Assembly (NCBI GenBank): GCA_012295275.1
Contig: CM022670.1
Coordinates: 20,832,001 to 20,896,000, forward strand
Reading direction: 5' to 3'
Origin: Chrysomallon squamiferum
Taxonomy: Eukaryota > Animalia > Mollusca
Length of the DNA stretch: 64,000 bases
The notes under the pieces were generated by a model, which was given only the letters and a program-made list of their open reading frames with translations, searched no databases and had not been told where the DNA came from. Made by a program: the position numbers and the translations under genes. This document shows, one piece after another, positions 31,401-57,747 of the stretch (the stretch's first letter is position 1; each line of letters begins with the position of its first letter).

Positions 31401-33366
31401 AAGAAGAAGAAGAAGAAGAAGAAGAAGAACAACAACAACAACAAACAACAATAAAAGAGGTAATTATGACACTGACGATAATTATAATAAAAACAGTGAT
31501 AAATAAAATAATAAATAATACAATTTTAGAAGCTAATATAATAATGATAATAACAACAACAATATTATATATAATTTAAATAAAAACAGTGTCTAAAATA
31601 CATATCACTATAGAATATTTTTTCAAATAAAGACAGGGGTGCACGAAAATTATTGTCTCAAGATGTGATCAGTTGCAGATACGTACATAAAAATATGCTG
31701 ATAAATGTATGTATATTTACTATTTACGAATAAATTTCACATAAAAATATGAAAATAAGTTGTTTAATTAATAAAACTGACATGCAGGGAGAGAAAGACA
31801 GAAATTGAGAGGTAGTCATAGAAATATACAAAGATACAAAGAACTACACATTGAGAGAAATACACGGACAGAGAGACAAGAAAGACAGACGGCAGATAAA
31901 TATATAAACAGCCAGCCAGCCAACCAGTCAGATATCCAAATAAATAAAGAATGAGCACAAATACAGAGCACGAAAGACAAAAAATAAAAGGTGACTACAT
32001 AAAGAAACAGAGATAACAATAAAGATATAGCAGATTGCGTGTTCGTACTAGGTTTAGGTTTTGGTCTGAGCTTCTCACATCGAGGACCCATATATCGGTA
32101 ATCACAACTACAATACAACGTCTTGTTGGCGAATTCACTGCAAACGCCATGATCACCACAATCTAAAGGACATCTGGAATGACAGAAAACCCCTTTCCAT
32201 CCAGGATCACAGACACACTGGAGAGCCATTCCTGACATGGAATCATCCGAATGATTCCTAAGGTTTTTGCAATAGCCGTGACGACACACAAATCCCTGCA
32301 CACACATACGTTCGGACAGTGGTCTAAGAGTTGAATTGTCTGGAACTGACGTTGATGAGATGAATGTATCTGATATTTGTGCAGTGGTCGAAGATGGAGA
32401 GTCTGGAACAATAAAATTAACTAAGGAGAATGAATATGTATTATATGAATATGAGCAAAACGGTTACATACTTGTAGTTTGAGTAGCATATGCTACCCTA
32501 ACAACTAAAAGCAGATTTAAACAACGCCCAAAAGATTTACCATATGAGTTTGAACAGTGTAACCTATAAACTGAAATATCATTGGTGCTCGAATTGGCTA
32601 TTTGCAAACATTCAGTAAGAAGCAAAATCTCAATGTTATTTGTGAATATGAACCAAATATTTTATACAAGATTCACCGATTTGCTACACGTAACTGAGTG
32701 GTGTTATGAGAAGTAATAGTCATCGAAGATAAAGCAAGATGCTAATCTCGTTTTGTTAAGTCGCAGAGAACAATCAAACGAATGTCCACAGCAGCTTTTG
32801 CTGTTTTTATTATATAATTTAGTTTGTTATATTGTTCAGCAGAGAGTACAATAATTTAGTACCATTAACATCATCAACAGAATCATAGTATTATTTATTT
32901 CATTACTTATATATAATATTTATTTATTTATTTACATTTATTTATTTATCAGTCTATTTAACGAATCTGAATAATCTGCGTAAAAAAACATTTCACTTTG
33001 ATTGATTATACAGAATGGCCCGAGGCTATTGTGGTGACGTTGACACATTTATGATATCAAATGTACGTATACATAAATGTGTGTGTTTGTGTGTGTGTGT
33101 GTGTGTATTATATGTATGTATGTATGCATGCATGCATGTGTGTTTGTGTGTATGTATATGTGTTTATGTATGTTCATATATGTTTTTTTTTTTTTTTTTT
33201 TTCATTAAGTGACGTTTGAGCGTGTGATTTCGTTTCAGACGTGACTGAAATACATGAAATACATGATATAAATGACATCTAAATGTCGAATAGACTGGCA
33301 AACATATGACTGCATGAATATCTTAGCACTGATTTTGAATTTCGCTCAAAAAACGCTCTGATCGTT

Positions 33367-33416
<50 letters not shown>

Positions 33417-33492
33417 TGTATATCTATATATATGTGTGTATATATATATATATGTATGTATGTATGTATGTGTTTATAGCTATGTGTATGTG

Positions 33493-33531
<39 letters not shown>

Positions 33532-33540
33532 GTATGTATG

Positions 33541-33573
<33 letters not shown>

Positions 33574-35333
33574 GTATTTGTATACGTATATATGCATATG
33601 TATTATCTCACCTGATGTAGGTAAAGACAAGTTATTCCGATATTCACACCTACTTCCTGAGAATGTCTGATCACACTTGCAGCGTTGAACTCCTCCTGGC
33701 TGCACAAAGCATCGACCATATTCTCCACAATCCAGCGTACACTTCAGATGACAAAACAAACCAGTCCACCCTTTGTTACATGTGCATTTCAACTGACCTT
33801 TGACACATCTGCCATTTTGACACACAAATCCCGCCATACATTCTTCACTGATTGCACGTTCTCCTGATGATGCTGTCCCGGACTGTGATAAAGTTGTCGA
33901 TGTTGTTGTTGATGATGATGCGTACGTTGTCGATGTTGTTGTATTTAATGTTGTCGATGGTGTTTTAGATTGTACACTGCGAGATGAAGATGTCACTGAT
34001 GTGCAGTTTTCACAGTCATCTGCACTCTCTTCTAAAAGTAAGAAAATAATGATATTAAATTATATGGTTTAGTTACTTATTATTAGACCTTTTTCATACC
34101 GCGATTCAAGATGACCGATGGCCCCCTTTATTATTTTTGATTCAATAATATCTAGGGTTACCATATTTTCATCAAACAAAGACAGTACAAAAGGAATCTA
34201 TATTCATTATGACGGGTCCCAACCCTAACTTCACGTTTTTATTTATTCCTCATTCCAAGTCAAGTTGAATAAAGCTAAAACATACCCTCGCTCAAGAACG
34301 ATCCCGCGACCCCCAGAAAAAAGGCTGGCGAACCCTCTGAGTGTCGCGATCCCCAGGTTGAAAACCTATGAGATATTTAGATAGACAGAAACTGATATAT
34401 ATAATATTCTCACGTAAATAAATTTCTTTGATAACCTACTTTTCTCACATCTGTTTCCATGGAATCCGTCGTCACAAACACACAATTCACTATTGTGTAA
34501 GTCCGTGCAAGATCCGTGCTTACCACAATCCAAGCTACAGGGTTTATGACAAAAGAGACCTGACCAACCCTTGTCACAAGAGCAAGTGAACGGATTCAGA
34601 CAATAGCCATGACGACAGTTAAATCCAGCTGGACATTGTCGCTCTGTAAGAGGACGCAGTGACGTTTGTTCTGAAAAGGTATGATAAAGCTGTACATATA
34701 TTTGTACATATAGACAGAACACAAGCATCCATTCATAGATCTACATTAACTCATTTTATTTAAATGTAAATATGCTTATTTTCAGAAAGACTGAGCACAA
34801 AACATAAATTATGCGTTCATTTTTTCCACTTAACACTATATATAAATATTTATATATTCATTTTTTCAACTATTACAATCACACACACACACAATAAAAC
34901 AAATTCTAAAAATATTACTACCTGTTGCTGTTGTTGAAATAATTGCTGACGTCGTTGATGATCCTGTTGATAATGATATGTCTAGTCTTTCACAGTGATC
35001 TCCTATGAACCCAAAATGGCATTTACAATATGGAGTCCCACTGGAACTAACGGCACAAAGTCCGTGATTTCCACAATCCAGATTGCAAGGTTTGTCACAA
35101 ACGATTCCGGACCATCCTGGGAAACAGATGCATCTGCTAAAATTATCAGCACAAGTTCCAAACTGACAAACCAAGCCAGCGAAGCACGCCTGTCCAGATG
35201 AAGATTCTAACGAATTGGCTGTGGTAGGTAAATTCAGTGTTGTATTTTGCGAGGATAAGGAAGACATAGTCTGACACCAAACCAGTGTCATTGCTTGCAG
35301 GAATAATAATACAAAAAGTTGTATCGAGGCCAT
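28486..35333 (-). CDS. EGF-TM-TIR receptor 1, 746 aa: signal peptide, 8 EGF-like repeats in 4 pairs with S/T-rich spacers, TM, TIR domain
   Basis: Seven exons: 35333-34922, 34670-34440, 34031-33612, 32402-32049, 31225-31064, 30086-29943, 29003-28486. All introns are GT-AG phase 1, giving a 2241-nt open frame. TIR box1 YDAFISY, BB-loop [11 protein letters not shown], then [21 protein letters not shown] and box3 [33 protein letters not shown]. Confidence 0.93.
33367..33600. repeat. (TA)n/(TATG)n microsatellite in receptor 1 intron 3
   Basis: Direct reading. Confidence 0.9.
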
Positions 35334-36943
35334 CTTGTAAATGTTTAATTCTATGTTATTGTTTGTGTTTTTAGCCAGTTTCTGTTCTGGTACAGCTTAA
35401 GATGAATGTCACGGCTGAATGCCAAATCCAGATGTGACAGATAAATATTACAACTCATGTCTTGCGGCTGAACGTTAACACATTCACATTAACAACGCTG
35501 CTGAATAAAACTGCACATACATCTACAACCATTACAAATAAACTAACAATACGTTCTGTTTCTATATCTGAAACAATGTCATTGCTGCCAGATACGTATG
35601 AATTTCGTTAACATAAATGCCAATCATAGAAATGTGTCTTTTAACGTGGCCACGTTCCCTGGCCTGCATCCCCTGAGGCATTATAACCTTACGCTTTTTA
35701 TGTCGCACTGGTTGACAGCACTAAAACATTTTAATGCGCCATTTCGTTTTATTGACAGTGTCCCTACTGTTTGTTTCAGTTGTATTTATACAGTATCATC
35801 ATTAATGCAAAATGCATCTGCTCCAGGGGAGGGCCTCAGCGACATAAACAGAGTTATGCAATTATTTATAAGTCCTTTAGATGTTTTATATTAAAATTAA
35901 GAAAATTAATTTCAGTGAGTCCAGGAAGAAGCCAGTAAGTCGTGTCTGTTTTTGTGTACAGCAAATCAGGTTAAAATGTGTAACTCTACTGACTGAAATA
36001 ATCGTACTGTTGCTGGATGACCCAGAAGGTTTCACTTGTTGTAATAACTAACAACTGTGTACAGTGAAAGTAATAAATATAAATAAATATAACTACCGCA
36101 GATGTAAACATAAATATCTCATACATTATCTTTCCTTCTGTCTCTTTCTTTATCTCCATCTGTCTGTTTGTCTATCGCTCTATCTGTTTATCATCTATTT
36201 CCTTTTTTGCTTTCTCTTTATCTCTCTCTCTATAAATCTAGTCTGTCTATCTTTGTCTCACGCTGTTTCTCTATTAGTGTTTTGCCTGTGTATTTTCGAA
36301 TTATTTATTTTATAATTGTTCTAAATAAATAAAACGTGAGCATCTTTTTTCTTTGTAAGCTTGACAATTAGTATAATTATTAGTATTGTTTTTTTCTTTC
36401 TTTTTTTGTCCCTTCATGAGAGCTGATACGTTCATTTTTCTTTCTTTATCTTCCCTATCAATTTATTTTCTTTTTCTTTTTAATATCATTTTTAACAATC
36501 TTCTACCACGTTCACTTCAATTGTTTTAAAAACATTCACCAATCAGCACTCTTTCACACTATTTTTTCAAATCACAACTTTATATATTTTATTCTTCCCA
36601 AAAACGTGGGCAACCTCCAATTAAAAGCCGCCGTGACGTAGAAAGGTTTAAAGAAACAGCAGAATACATAAACACTGTACTGGTTAACGTTAGCTTTTCG
36701 TGTGTGTTGAACAAACCAGTATTTTCAGCAGGAAACAGCATTCCGTTCACGTACGTCGTGATATTTGCATTTCAGATGAGGAGTGCTGACGGTAAAATAA
36801 CTGCGGTGTGGTAAAATGGGATGTCAGATTTGTGCTGATGTAACGAGATGTTATGCGTTTGCGCGATGACCTAAATTAGAAAGTAAAGTGGTTTTACGAA
36901 CTGCGGTACAAAATATTTTACCTGTTTTGATATGTGTAGAAGA

Positions 36944-36992
<49 letters not shown>

Positions 36993-36995
36993 GTG

Positions 36996-37026
<31 letters not shown>

Positions 37027-37112
37027 CAGAAGTAGAAATGATATTGAAAGATTTAGTAGTAGTAGTAGTAGTAATAATACTAATAAATAACATCGCATAC
37101 GATGATGGTGAC

Positions 37113-37725
37113 GATGATAATAATAATACAATGATAAAATAACAGTAATATTAATGTTAATAAACACATACGGCCTCAATCATTTTATTGTTGTAAAAAA
37201 AGAGCATTTTAACAGAACACGACAAACAGTTTGCGTGTAATATCATATAACACATTTTTGACATTAATAATATATCTGATTAAAGATAACTACAGAAGAA
37301 TAATGACTAGTTCATAGCTTCTTAGTCATACAAAAAAATACATTTTTTATTTATGTATTTCAGAAACACAATACCAAACAAAAGTTTATATATACACTAA
37401 TAAGCACTGAGGATATATGGATGGCAATATATATGTGTGTGTAAATAATCATAAAATTTATTAACAAAAAATAATTTTCTCTAACAATTAAACACTCTCG
37501 GAAAATCTCATATCTCACAATGTAGTCGGATGATAAGAAAATATCAATAAAGTAACAGTAAAAGTAATCTCATATTATATTGCAAATTAATCCGAAAATG
37601 TAGCATCAGTTTCTGTATGTATTGCTATAGCAGATATATAAATATTACTTTTAATATTACAAATAAAGGGCATATAGTAATTCATTGTGTTTGTATGAAT
37701 ATTTATATGTAGACACAGGTATATA
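37113..37725. repeat. Roughly 600-bp segment downstream of receptor 2, duplicated at about 51963-52540
   Basis: Shared atgataaaataacagtaatattaatgttaataaa...cggcctcaatc...gagcattttaacagaacacgacaaacagtttgcgtg...aaattaatccgaaaatgtag in the same orientation. Confidence 0.88.
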
Positions 37726-38740
37726 TATATATATATACACACACAGTATGTGATTAAAGATGTGCATTAAAATATAAATTGGAGAAAATTATGACAAAAG
37801 ACTGAGATCTTCAGTTTTGAGCACTTTCGAGGTAAATAAAACAATTTAATAAAATTAAAAAATAAAAGATGTAAAGAAAAATAAAGACTAATTATTACAA
37901 CTTGGTAACACTTTTGAAATCTCAGTTCAGCTGAAGTTTCGAAATAATCACAAACCATGTTTCATCTAGTATATAAATACTTATTATGCATATGTAAATT
38001 TAGTGAATTTGTATATGTAGAGAAGTTTGTGCAGACAAAGCAAACAAAATAGTCAGAGGACATTTTCAAGCAATCTGTTTGTTAGTATTTCTCTTATCTA
38101 TTCTTAAACTAAGAGGACCGATTCCTTATAAAGTTTATAAATATCTGAGTATCTGTTACAATTGTTATAGCACAGAAATAATACTGATATTGAAAAAAAT
38201 ATATCAAAGAAAATAACTTTTATTTTGAGGTTTAAATATTCAACTTTTATTTTGATGTTTAAATATTCATTTTCTGCGATAACATCAGTTAATTTTTAAA
38301 GCTAGTTCAATAAAATGTATATATATATATATATACATTTTTTTTTTTAAATAATATCTCATTATCTCAGGTAAATGGATTCACTTTATATTGAGTCAGT
38401 CAAGTTTTTGTCAGTTCAAGTACTCTGATTTCCATTAACATTAAAGTAACATGAGAATTCTTCATAGAGCAAAGAACTTTAGAGAACTGATTTAACGAGA
38501 GCATGGCCATATCCTTCCCTAACAGCTAATACAGATGTAGGATGGGATCCAGTTCGTAGTAATAGTCTCTTGTTCACGGACACCTAAACATAAAATTCAA
38601 GGCCATGTTTCCAGAATAATAACTGATAAAAATGTCTCCAGTTTTCTAAAGATTTTTGTTTCCATCAACGCAAAACTTTTTATAAAATTATGTTGATTAC
38701 GTTGGAATATTTCTCTGTAATTCAGATATCGACGACAGTC

Positions 38741-46406
<7,666 letters not shown>

Positions 46407-48331
46407 TACTGAACGATTCCTACACTCAGAAAAACGTTCTTAATAATAATAAGCATCTTATACAAGGTCTTTTTCCCTTCTACCGTGGATTCATAACTCA
46501 AGCTTACTCGTATATTAATTCAAATCGTACATCATGATGGCAAATTAATTCAGAGAAATAATACATACATACATACATACATATATACATATACTTACAT
46601 ACATACTTTAACACGAATAAAAACTATGCTAGTTGAACAAACGTGTTATACATATAAACTTACTGTCACTTATAATTAATATTGTCTGTCAACAAACCCC
46701 TAGCAGCAGGTACGTTAGAAAATAAATAATAATAAATAATTCGGTTATACGGAAGGCTACGCTACACAGTACCGAACATATACATTTACCACGTTACAGT
46801 TATAAACAGTAAAATAAAAACCAACTGATGTAGATCACATTACGGATTTCCTTCAAACTATAATTAAACAAATGACCACTGTCTACCTCTCTCTCTGTTT
46901 GTGTGTTCCTCTCTCGCTCCCTCGTGGTAATAACATACGTCCAAATGGCGGTCAAGCTTGAAGTATTTCTGTAAAGTAAATCGCAAAAGCGATCACTCAT
47001 CCGCTCTCCGTAATTGTCTCTTAACATCTGTGTAGCGCTGGTAGGTTTGAACGTTGTCGTTTTATTTACATGCTGCTCCTGGCAAAAAGTGATTCACCGG
47101 GTCCACGTACCCGCTTCGTTAGAAGCTTTTCACTGGTGGCTGGTGACCTCCGCGCATCGACCAATCTCTCAGATGAATTAACTGTCGAACAGGTTCAGTG
47201 AACGCAGTGGCGGATTTGGGTGGGTGGTGAAAAGAAGGGGTGTATTCTATTTATTTGTAGATGGTGGTCGAGAGTTAGCCGTCATTTTGTTTGTTTTTAT
47301 GTTAATCTTACTCTTGTTGTAACATTTGTGATTCTGTTTTAGTGACTCAGTGACTGGTCTGATTGTTGACTGATTGACTGACTGACTTGAGTGTGTTTTC
47401 ATTTTATTTACACAAGCTACAGTTTGTGTATTTTTATTTGTGTACCTTCATTTGTTGTTTAATTTGTTTTCTTTTTATAGAATAAAAAATAAAATAATAA
47501 AATAAACAATTACAAAAAAAAAAAAAATACATAGAATACACAGTTTAATGGTGCGTAGCAAAGTATTTACATAAATTGTTGCTATATAATATACACGCAG
47601 TGCGAAATTATGATTATTATTCCATTCATAAATTCATGACACAAGTATTTTTGTGCAAGTTATCTAAAACAAGGAAAACGTTTTTTTTAATTCAAAACTT
47701 TATACAGTGTATATGTAGTAGTGTAATGTTATAAAAATTCGACAGATAACGCACACACTGTTTTGGTTATTAATATGCTTCGGTTATATCTGTTTATATA
47801 GCAAACATTCAGTCCTCGAGATTTATTACTGTTATATCACTACGTATAATATTAAATCTGTTATTTACAGTGATATACAATAATAATAGTAGCATTTGTT
47901 GTTGTTGTAGTTGTATTAGTAGTAATACTGGAAGCAGAAATAGTTGTAGTAGTGTTAATAATAATAGCTGTAGTGGTAGTAGTTTTTATAGCAGTTAAGA
48001 AATCAAGTTCATTTTATCTATGAGTTTTCAACTATGTGTGAGGATGGTGTTTGTAATCTATACGAGTCATCTTTCGATAAAAACAAAAACATAAAAACAT
48101 CCGGGAAATGCTGAATGAATACAACATGAGCTGACACGCCTGTGAAGATTGTGTTCATGATAAGTTTTTGATAGTAATCACACTGTCGTTTATCAGCTGG
48201 TAAGTACATAGATCAAGCCATGGTATCGGCTTGTACCATCTATTGACTGGGAGGTGCCAGATAACTACATTTTCAGTATTTTAAAATATCTTACCTCTAA
48301 GATCAGTTACTACTATTTTATTATTGTTTTA

Positions 48332-48406
<75 letters not shown>

Positions 48407-49023
48407 TTATTTTTTTTTTTTTTTTAATGACAATCTGAAATAATCTGTTGATTTTTGGTTTCCTATGTAGACAAATCTACATTTGGATTTGGATTTATTT
48501 ATTTTGTGTGGAATGGAAAATCAACCATAGAGGGAAACTAGATATTATGAATTAATAATAATAGTTCGTTCTGTTGCCATCAACTACAATAAACAAACAA
48601 ACAAATAAATAAATAAATAAATATTATTCTACACTTAACACTCATGACAACAAACAAACAAAATGATTTTCCGTTGTTATTTCTTCTCTTCTTTTTTCTT
48701 TTCTCTTTTCACTGCTGTTATTGTATTTGTCGTTATTCAAAACCATTGAAGTTTGGTTATGTGTCATTCTATGTATTATACTTCAAGAATATATCACGCG
48801 GGTCGCGACTATCTGCGCTTTCACTATATTTGATTTAGCAAAGAACCACTATTTAACGGTAGTTATTCAATGTGATTCAATACATATTAAAATACACTTA
48901 AAAAATAAAAAATTGAAATAAATACAAAACAGAAGCTACACTTCCTCGTTTCATTAACCAATGAGAAACGAATTATTGTGTATTGCACTGAAGCGAATGT
49001 GAGATGCAAATATGACAGGTGTT

Positions 49024-49210
49024 TGGTGGTAATTCAGTGGTACAGGAGTGCAGTTAAGGATCGACAGATTGCAGTTCAATCCTTGTCAGTGCGCTCATTT
49101 TGTTATTTCCCATGTTCTTTAGTGCCCAACAGATGATATATGACAGTGCTTATGTTCTTCTGTTTATGAAAATAAATAAGAAAGACCAAACTTTTACGTG
49201 TAGTGCAACA
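49024..49210 (+). mobile_element. Degenerate tRNA-derived SINE
   Basis: A-box-like TAATTCAGTGG at 49030-49040 and B-box GTTCAATCC at 49074-49082 at tRNA-like spacing. No acceptor-stem pairing. The 3' boundary is approximate. Confidence 0.45.
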
Positions 49211-50644
49211 CATTTCTACTTTTAATATTTCAATGTCTTTCGTGTGTGTACATCGCGTGATAGTTGTAGATTAAACGAGTGTTTATTAAATAGCTTTGAT
49301 GATCCAAACCCTTCCCACATTTTTTCGTTCTGGATTTGCACCTTCTTTATTTTAACATTAACTGCACATATTATAGTTTCAGGTGAAAATGTTTGAAAAT
49401 CTCTTTCACTGTACAGAATTCACAATGAAAGGGAGTCGACTATAATCGTCTTTTTACTCTCTACTGATTTGCTGGTGGGTTATTTTTTTTTTTGAATAAT
49501 TTGCATATAATTAACATGTTGAGAAAGTTTTGCTTTATTGTCTTGATAAAAAAAAAAAAGTTATGTGCAAATATAATATTCTCATTCAAAATTCAGTCGC
49601 ACACGCTGAGTAACGAATGACCTCTTTTTATATAAGGAAATAAAAAAAAGTTTTCATTGCAAAGGGTGGGTGTCTCTTTTCACAACAGTTCGAATCGACT
49701 ATGTTGTCACAGCAGTGCATGTCACGATTTGTCGAAACAGAAAAATTATAAATTATAAATATATTCTAAATCGACAGTTACATTATAAATGCATTTCCTT
49801 TTTTTATGGTTTGCATAACGTATAAATAAACGTTAGAGCACGTTTTGCCATCTGTTACGATTCGAATGAATGTCAGAAAGAAATGGTTGTTTAATAATAT
49901 GTGAATATAATTTTGATATTAGCAGATAACGTTTCAAGTATGTGGATCCACTATAATGATCATTTAAAAAAAGGTAATGGACTTTTAAAAGATATGTTTA
50001 TCTGTGGATGTATCCGATTAAGCACAATGTAGATACAACTCAGTAAGAATGAAATATTTTTCATAATTTTTTCATTAATTACTTCGTTAATTCAGCATCT
50101 GTCTGTCTGTCTGTCTATCTACCTATCTATCTGTCTATTTATCTATCTATCCATCTATCTGTCTATCAACCTATCTTTTCCTTTCTTTCTATTTATTTAT
50201 ATATCTCTGTATATATCTATTTACATATCTGTAACGAATTATACAAATATGATCCACTGTATTCATAAAATAATTCATTCTTCAGCATATATTTTAAAAC
50301 GAAAGATTAATTAAAGAAATGACAAAATAAGTGATATCTGGTCGATCACTAAACGACCAGAAGACTTCAGATATGGATCTTTCTACCTTTTTATACCGTC
50401 ACTTCTGAAATATATCTTGATCACTTTAAGGCCGGAATTAATAATAAAAAAAAAAATTAATATGTTATTTGAAGTGGACTTAAAAAACCAAGCCGTTTGT
50501 ACTTCTGGTGTGTTAGGACCTTGGGCGAGTTCGTTCTGTAGTTGAGGACATTCATCATTCGGCGTTAACATATCGACAAACGACAGAACTAATTTTATAA
50601 TGTTAATTAAACTCGATTTGTCTGTGTGCGTCAGGTTTCCACAT

Positions 50645-51040
50645 CACTTGGCTTGACCCGGATGTTTGTTCAACACTTGCTGATTTATCCAAGATTACTA
50701 CAGAAATTATTGTTTCAATAACAATCTAGCGGAGCAAACCGTTGGTTTCCGTCGGAACAGATCGACATCAACGTTTCAGATCAAGAGAGAGAGGACAAAG
50801 AGCTTTGTTTCAGTACATTCATTCAGGACAAACATCATTATTTCATACCAATATGATGGAAAAACATCACTTTTTCATGTCAAGTCCTATAGGATAAACA
50901 TATTTTCATGCCATTTCTGATAGCAGAGACATCAATCCATATTAGGTCTAATAAAATACACTTTATTATTTTATATCAAGATCGACATGAGACACAATTA
51001 ATTATATCAAATATTTTAGAAAGACTTTCTTTAAATTCTA
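50645..51040. repeat. Dispersed repeat, copy of 19866-20320
   Basis: Direct sequence match in the same orientation. Confidence 0.88.
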
Positions 51041-51719
51041 TTCATGGATACCACTGTTTATTATCCAGTATAAACTGTTTGATAAAGAATAGACATTTAT
51101 CTCTGTATAATTTCAAAAAGAAAGTATAGACAGATATAATTTTATATCAAATAGATAGATGGAAAAATAGACATTTAGATAGATAAAGGACAGACAGATA
51201 AACACAATAGACAAATATAGATATATAGATATAGATATCAAAATAACACTTTAATTTCTCCTTGTCTGATATTTTTCTAGATTCGAGCACCGCAGTCATC
51301 AGTACAATCAGGATTCCTCTCATCAATGTTAACGATGTTTCTGCCATCAAGAACGTACCCAAATTTATAAAAGAAACAAAAACAAATCGCACGAACCTGT
51401 ACATTCCTAAGACAAAACAAACACATATTAGATACTGGGTTCGTATTTTGACAAAACCGAAAGGACGTGTGAATTTAATGTGTTCAGTAGGAAAAGACAC
51501 GAGTTATCTCCCTGGAGTCGGAGTAAAATTGCCGTAACGTGATATTAGTGCGTAAATAATATGGATATATACAAATGCTTGACCTTTTAGTATGAGAAAC
51601 AGTCAAACTGATAATCAGTGAAAAATACATAACAATAAATTTAGTTTATCTATTTATTCAGATAATAAAATAAACATAATTGTTATATTTATGTATAAAA
51701 TAATGGTGAATTAATAATC

Positions 51720-51777
<58 letters not shown>

Positions 51778-51962
51778 TGATGATGGATAAAAATAACAAT
51801 AACAATAATATTAATAAACACATACAGCCTCAATCATTTTATTATGTAACAAAAAAAAAAAAAAAAAAAAGAAAAAGAGCATTTTAAGAGAAAACAATAA
51901 ACCATTTGCATGTAATATCATATAAATATATTTTTTAAATTAATTTTAATGCTTATAGAGCT

Positions 51963-52590
51963 GATGATAATAATAATACGATGATAAAATAACAGTAATA
52001 TTAATGTTAATAAATACATACGGCCTCAATCATTTTATTTTTGTAAAAAAAGAGCATTTTAACAGAACACGACAAACAGTTTGCGTGTAATATCATATAA
52101 CACATTTTTGACATTAATAACATATCTGATTAAAGATAACTACAGAAGAATAATGACTAGTTCGTAGCTTCTTAGTCATACAAAAAAATACATATCATAT
52201 TTTGTATTTCAGAAACACAATTCCAAACAAAAGTAGTGGATAAAATATCTGTATCTATCTATATATGGATACAGTATATCCATATCTATCTATCTCGGAA
52301 AATCTCATATTTTACAATGTAGTCGACTGATGAGAAAATATGAATACAGGAACAGTAAAAATAATTTCATTTTATATTGCAAATTAATCCGAAAATGTAG
52401 GATCAGTTTGTGTAATTACTGCTGAACAATAAACCTTTTGATGTAGCAGATATATAAATATTATTTTTAATATTGAAAATAAAGGGCCTCTAGTAATTTA
52501 TTGTGTGTGTGTGTGTGTATTTTAGACACAGGTATATGTATAATATGTAGACAAAACAAAAGAAGTCGACAGAGGATATTTACAAGCAGT
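51963..52590. repeat. Copy of the receptor-2 downstream segment (37113-37725 plus a piece near 38040), preceded by a partial local repeat at 51790-51925
   Basis: Direct sequence match. Confidence 0.85.
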
Positions 52591-53099
52591 CTGTTTGTCC
52601 CACTTCTGTTATTTATGTACAAACAGGTTATACTAATATCTAAAACCGTGATAAAACTATATGTCAATAAACTGACTAGATGGTATATTTTAACAACACA
52701 AACTTCTCAGTATTATTTGACTTTATAAAAGACGCATATTGCAATGGGAACGGACTAAGTAGCAAATACAATAATATTTAAGGAGACAGTAAACGTTTTA
52801 ATACAACTGTCGAAGTACAGTGTCACTAACTCACACTTATATACCCTTTAGAGATGATTATATACGCTAAACCTCTGACACCTACCTAGCTCTATAACGA
52901 GGACAATAATAGATACCTTTTGACATATCTGCTTACCCAAGCATTGAAACAGCGAACACGCAAAACTCCCCAACCAGGAAGTTATATCAGAATCAATCGG
53001 ATAATACGTTCTAAAGTGTTGTTTCACCTGTACTGCCAAATTAGTAGTCAGTTATTCGTTTGAAAACATAAAATTTCCACTGATTACAACACTGTGTAA

Positions 53100-56648
<3,549 letters not shown>

Positions 56649-56881
56649 CTCTACTCTCTTGAACCTTGAACCTTGAAAGAAAATTAACGTGCTAATCAGA
56701 GTTGTGTGAAGCACGTCTGCGAAGCTCTACTCTTTACATAAACTTGCTTTTATAATAGATTTACACAGTCTGTATAAACGTGAGGTATGAGCAGTATGTA
56801 TATGGGTGACTGGTTTCGATTTAGTGTGGAATGAAATCCATGGATAAACAAATCGGCGAGGAATTATATGATGGTGTGTGT

Positions 56882-56928
<47 letters not shown>

Positions 56929-56941
56929 CACTGTGCATGTT

Positions 56942-57032
<91 letters not shown>

Positions 57033-57671
57033 GGGTTATTTACTAAGTTGATTGTTCTTTTGAAATGATAATTCAAAAGCAATAAAAATTGCTGCCACCC
57101 ATTTGGGGGGGGTCTACATTTTTAGGTTTGAACTGTTATGGGAGCCCTTCGCAAGCAGCAACGAAGTCTGGGTAATTACTTTTATCTTTTTGTATGGAAA
57201 TGTTCTATGACAGGTTTTAAAATTTTAGATACATCTCAGATTGTGATTAAATTTTTGAAGAAATATTGTCTAAAATCGCTTCTATGGCTCGTCTGGAATT
57301 AGGGGCCCTGAAGTTTCGCAACAGATACACCCTTGCATATATAAGTACATGTCAGTCTTTTAATCAGTTTCATGGATAAAAATGTATTTCATAGCCTGTT
57401 ACTGACGACTTTTAGAACACTATTAAATGTGTTTGTTTTCGTTAGGAAAATATTCCTTCTTTTATCAATTCATCATCCATTAATTAATTAATTCACTTGT
57501 TCGTTCGGTCAGTAATATTTTCATTTATTCGTTATTCATAAATTTTAATTCGCTGGTTTTTATTTATGGAATTTTGGGGGGTTTGATCGAAAAAATTAAT
57601 TAATGTTATAATTTGTATTTGTTTATTTGTTTGTTTTTTGCTTATTTATTTATTTATTTATAATAATAATA

Positions 57672-57747
<76 letters not shown>

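Noticed and set aside
36851-37179. Poly-Ile, Leu, Thr and Val ORFs resembling TM proteins (also 15086-15493, 29727-30051, 42114-42389)
   Set aside because: Produced by (AAT)n, (AGT)n and (GTT)n trinucleotide repeats.
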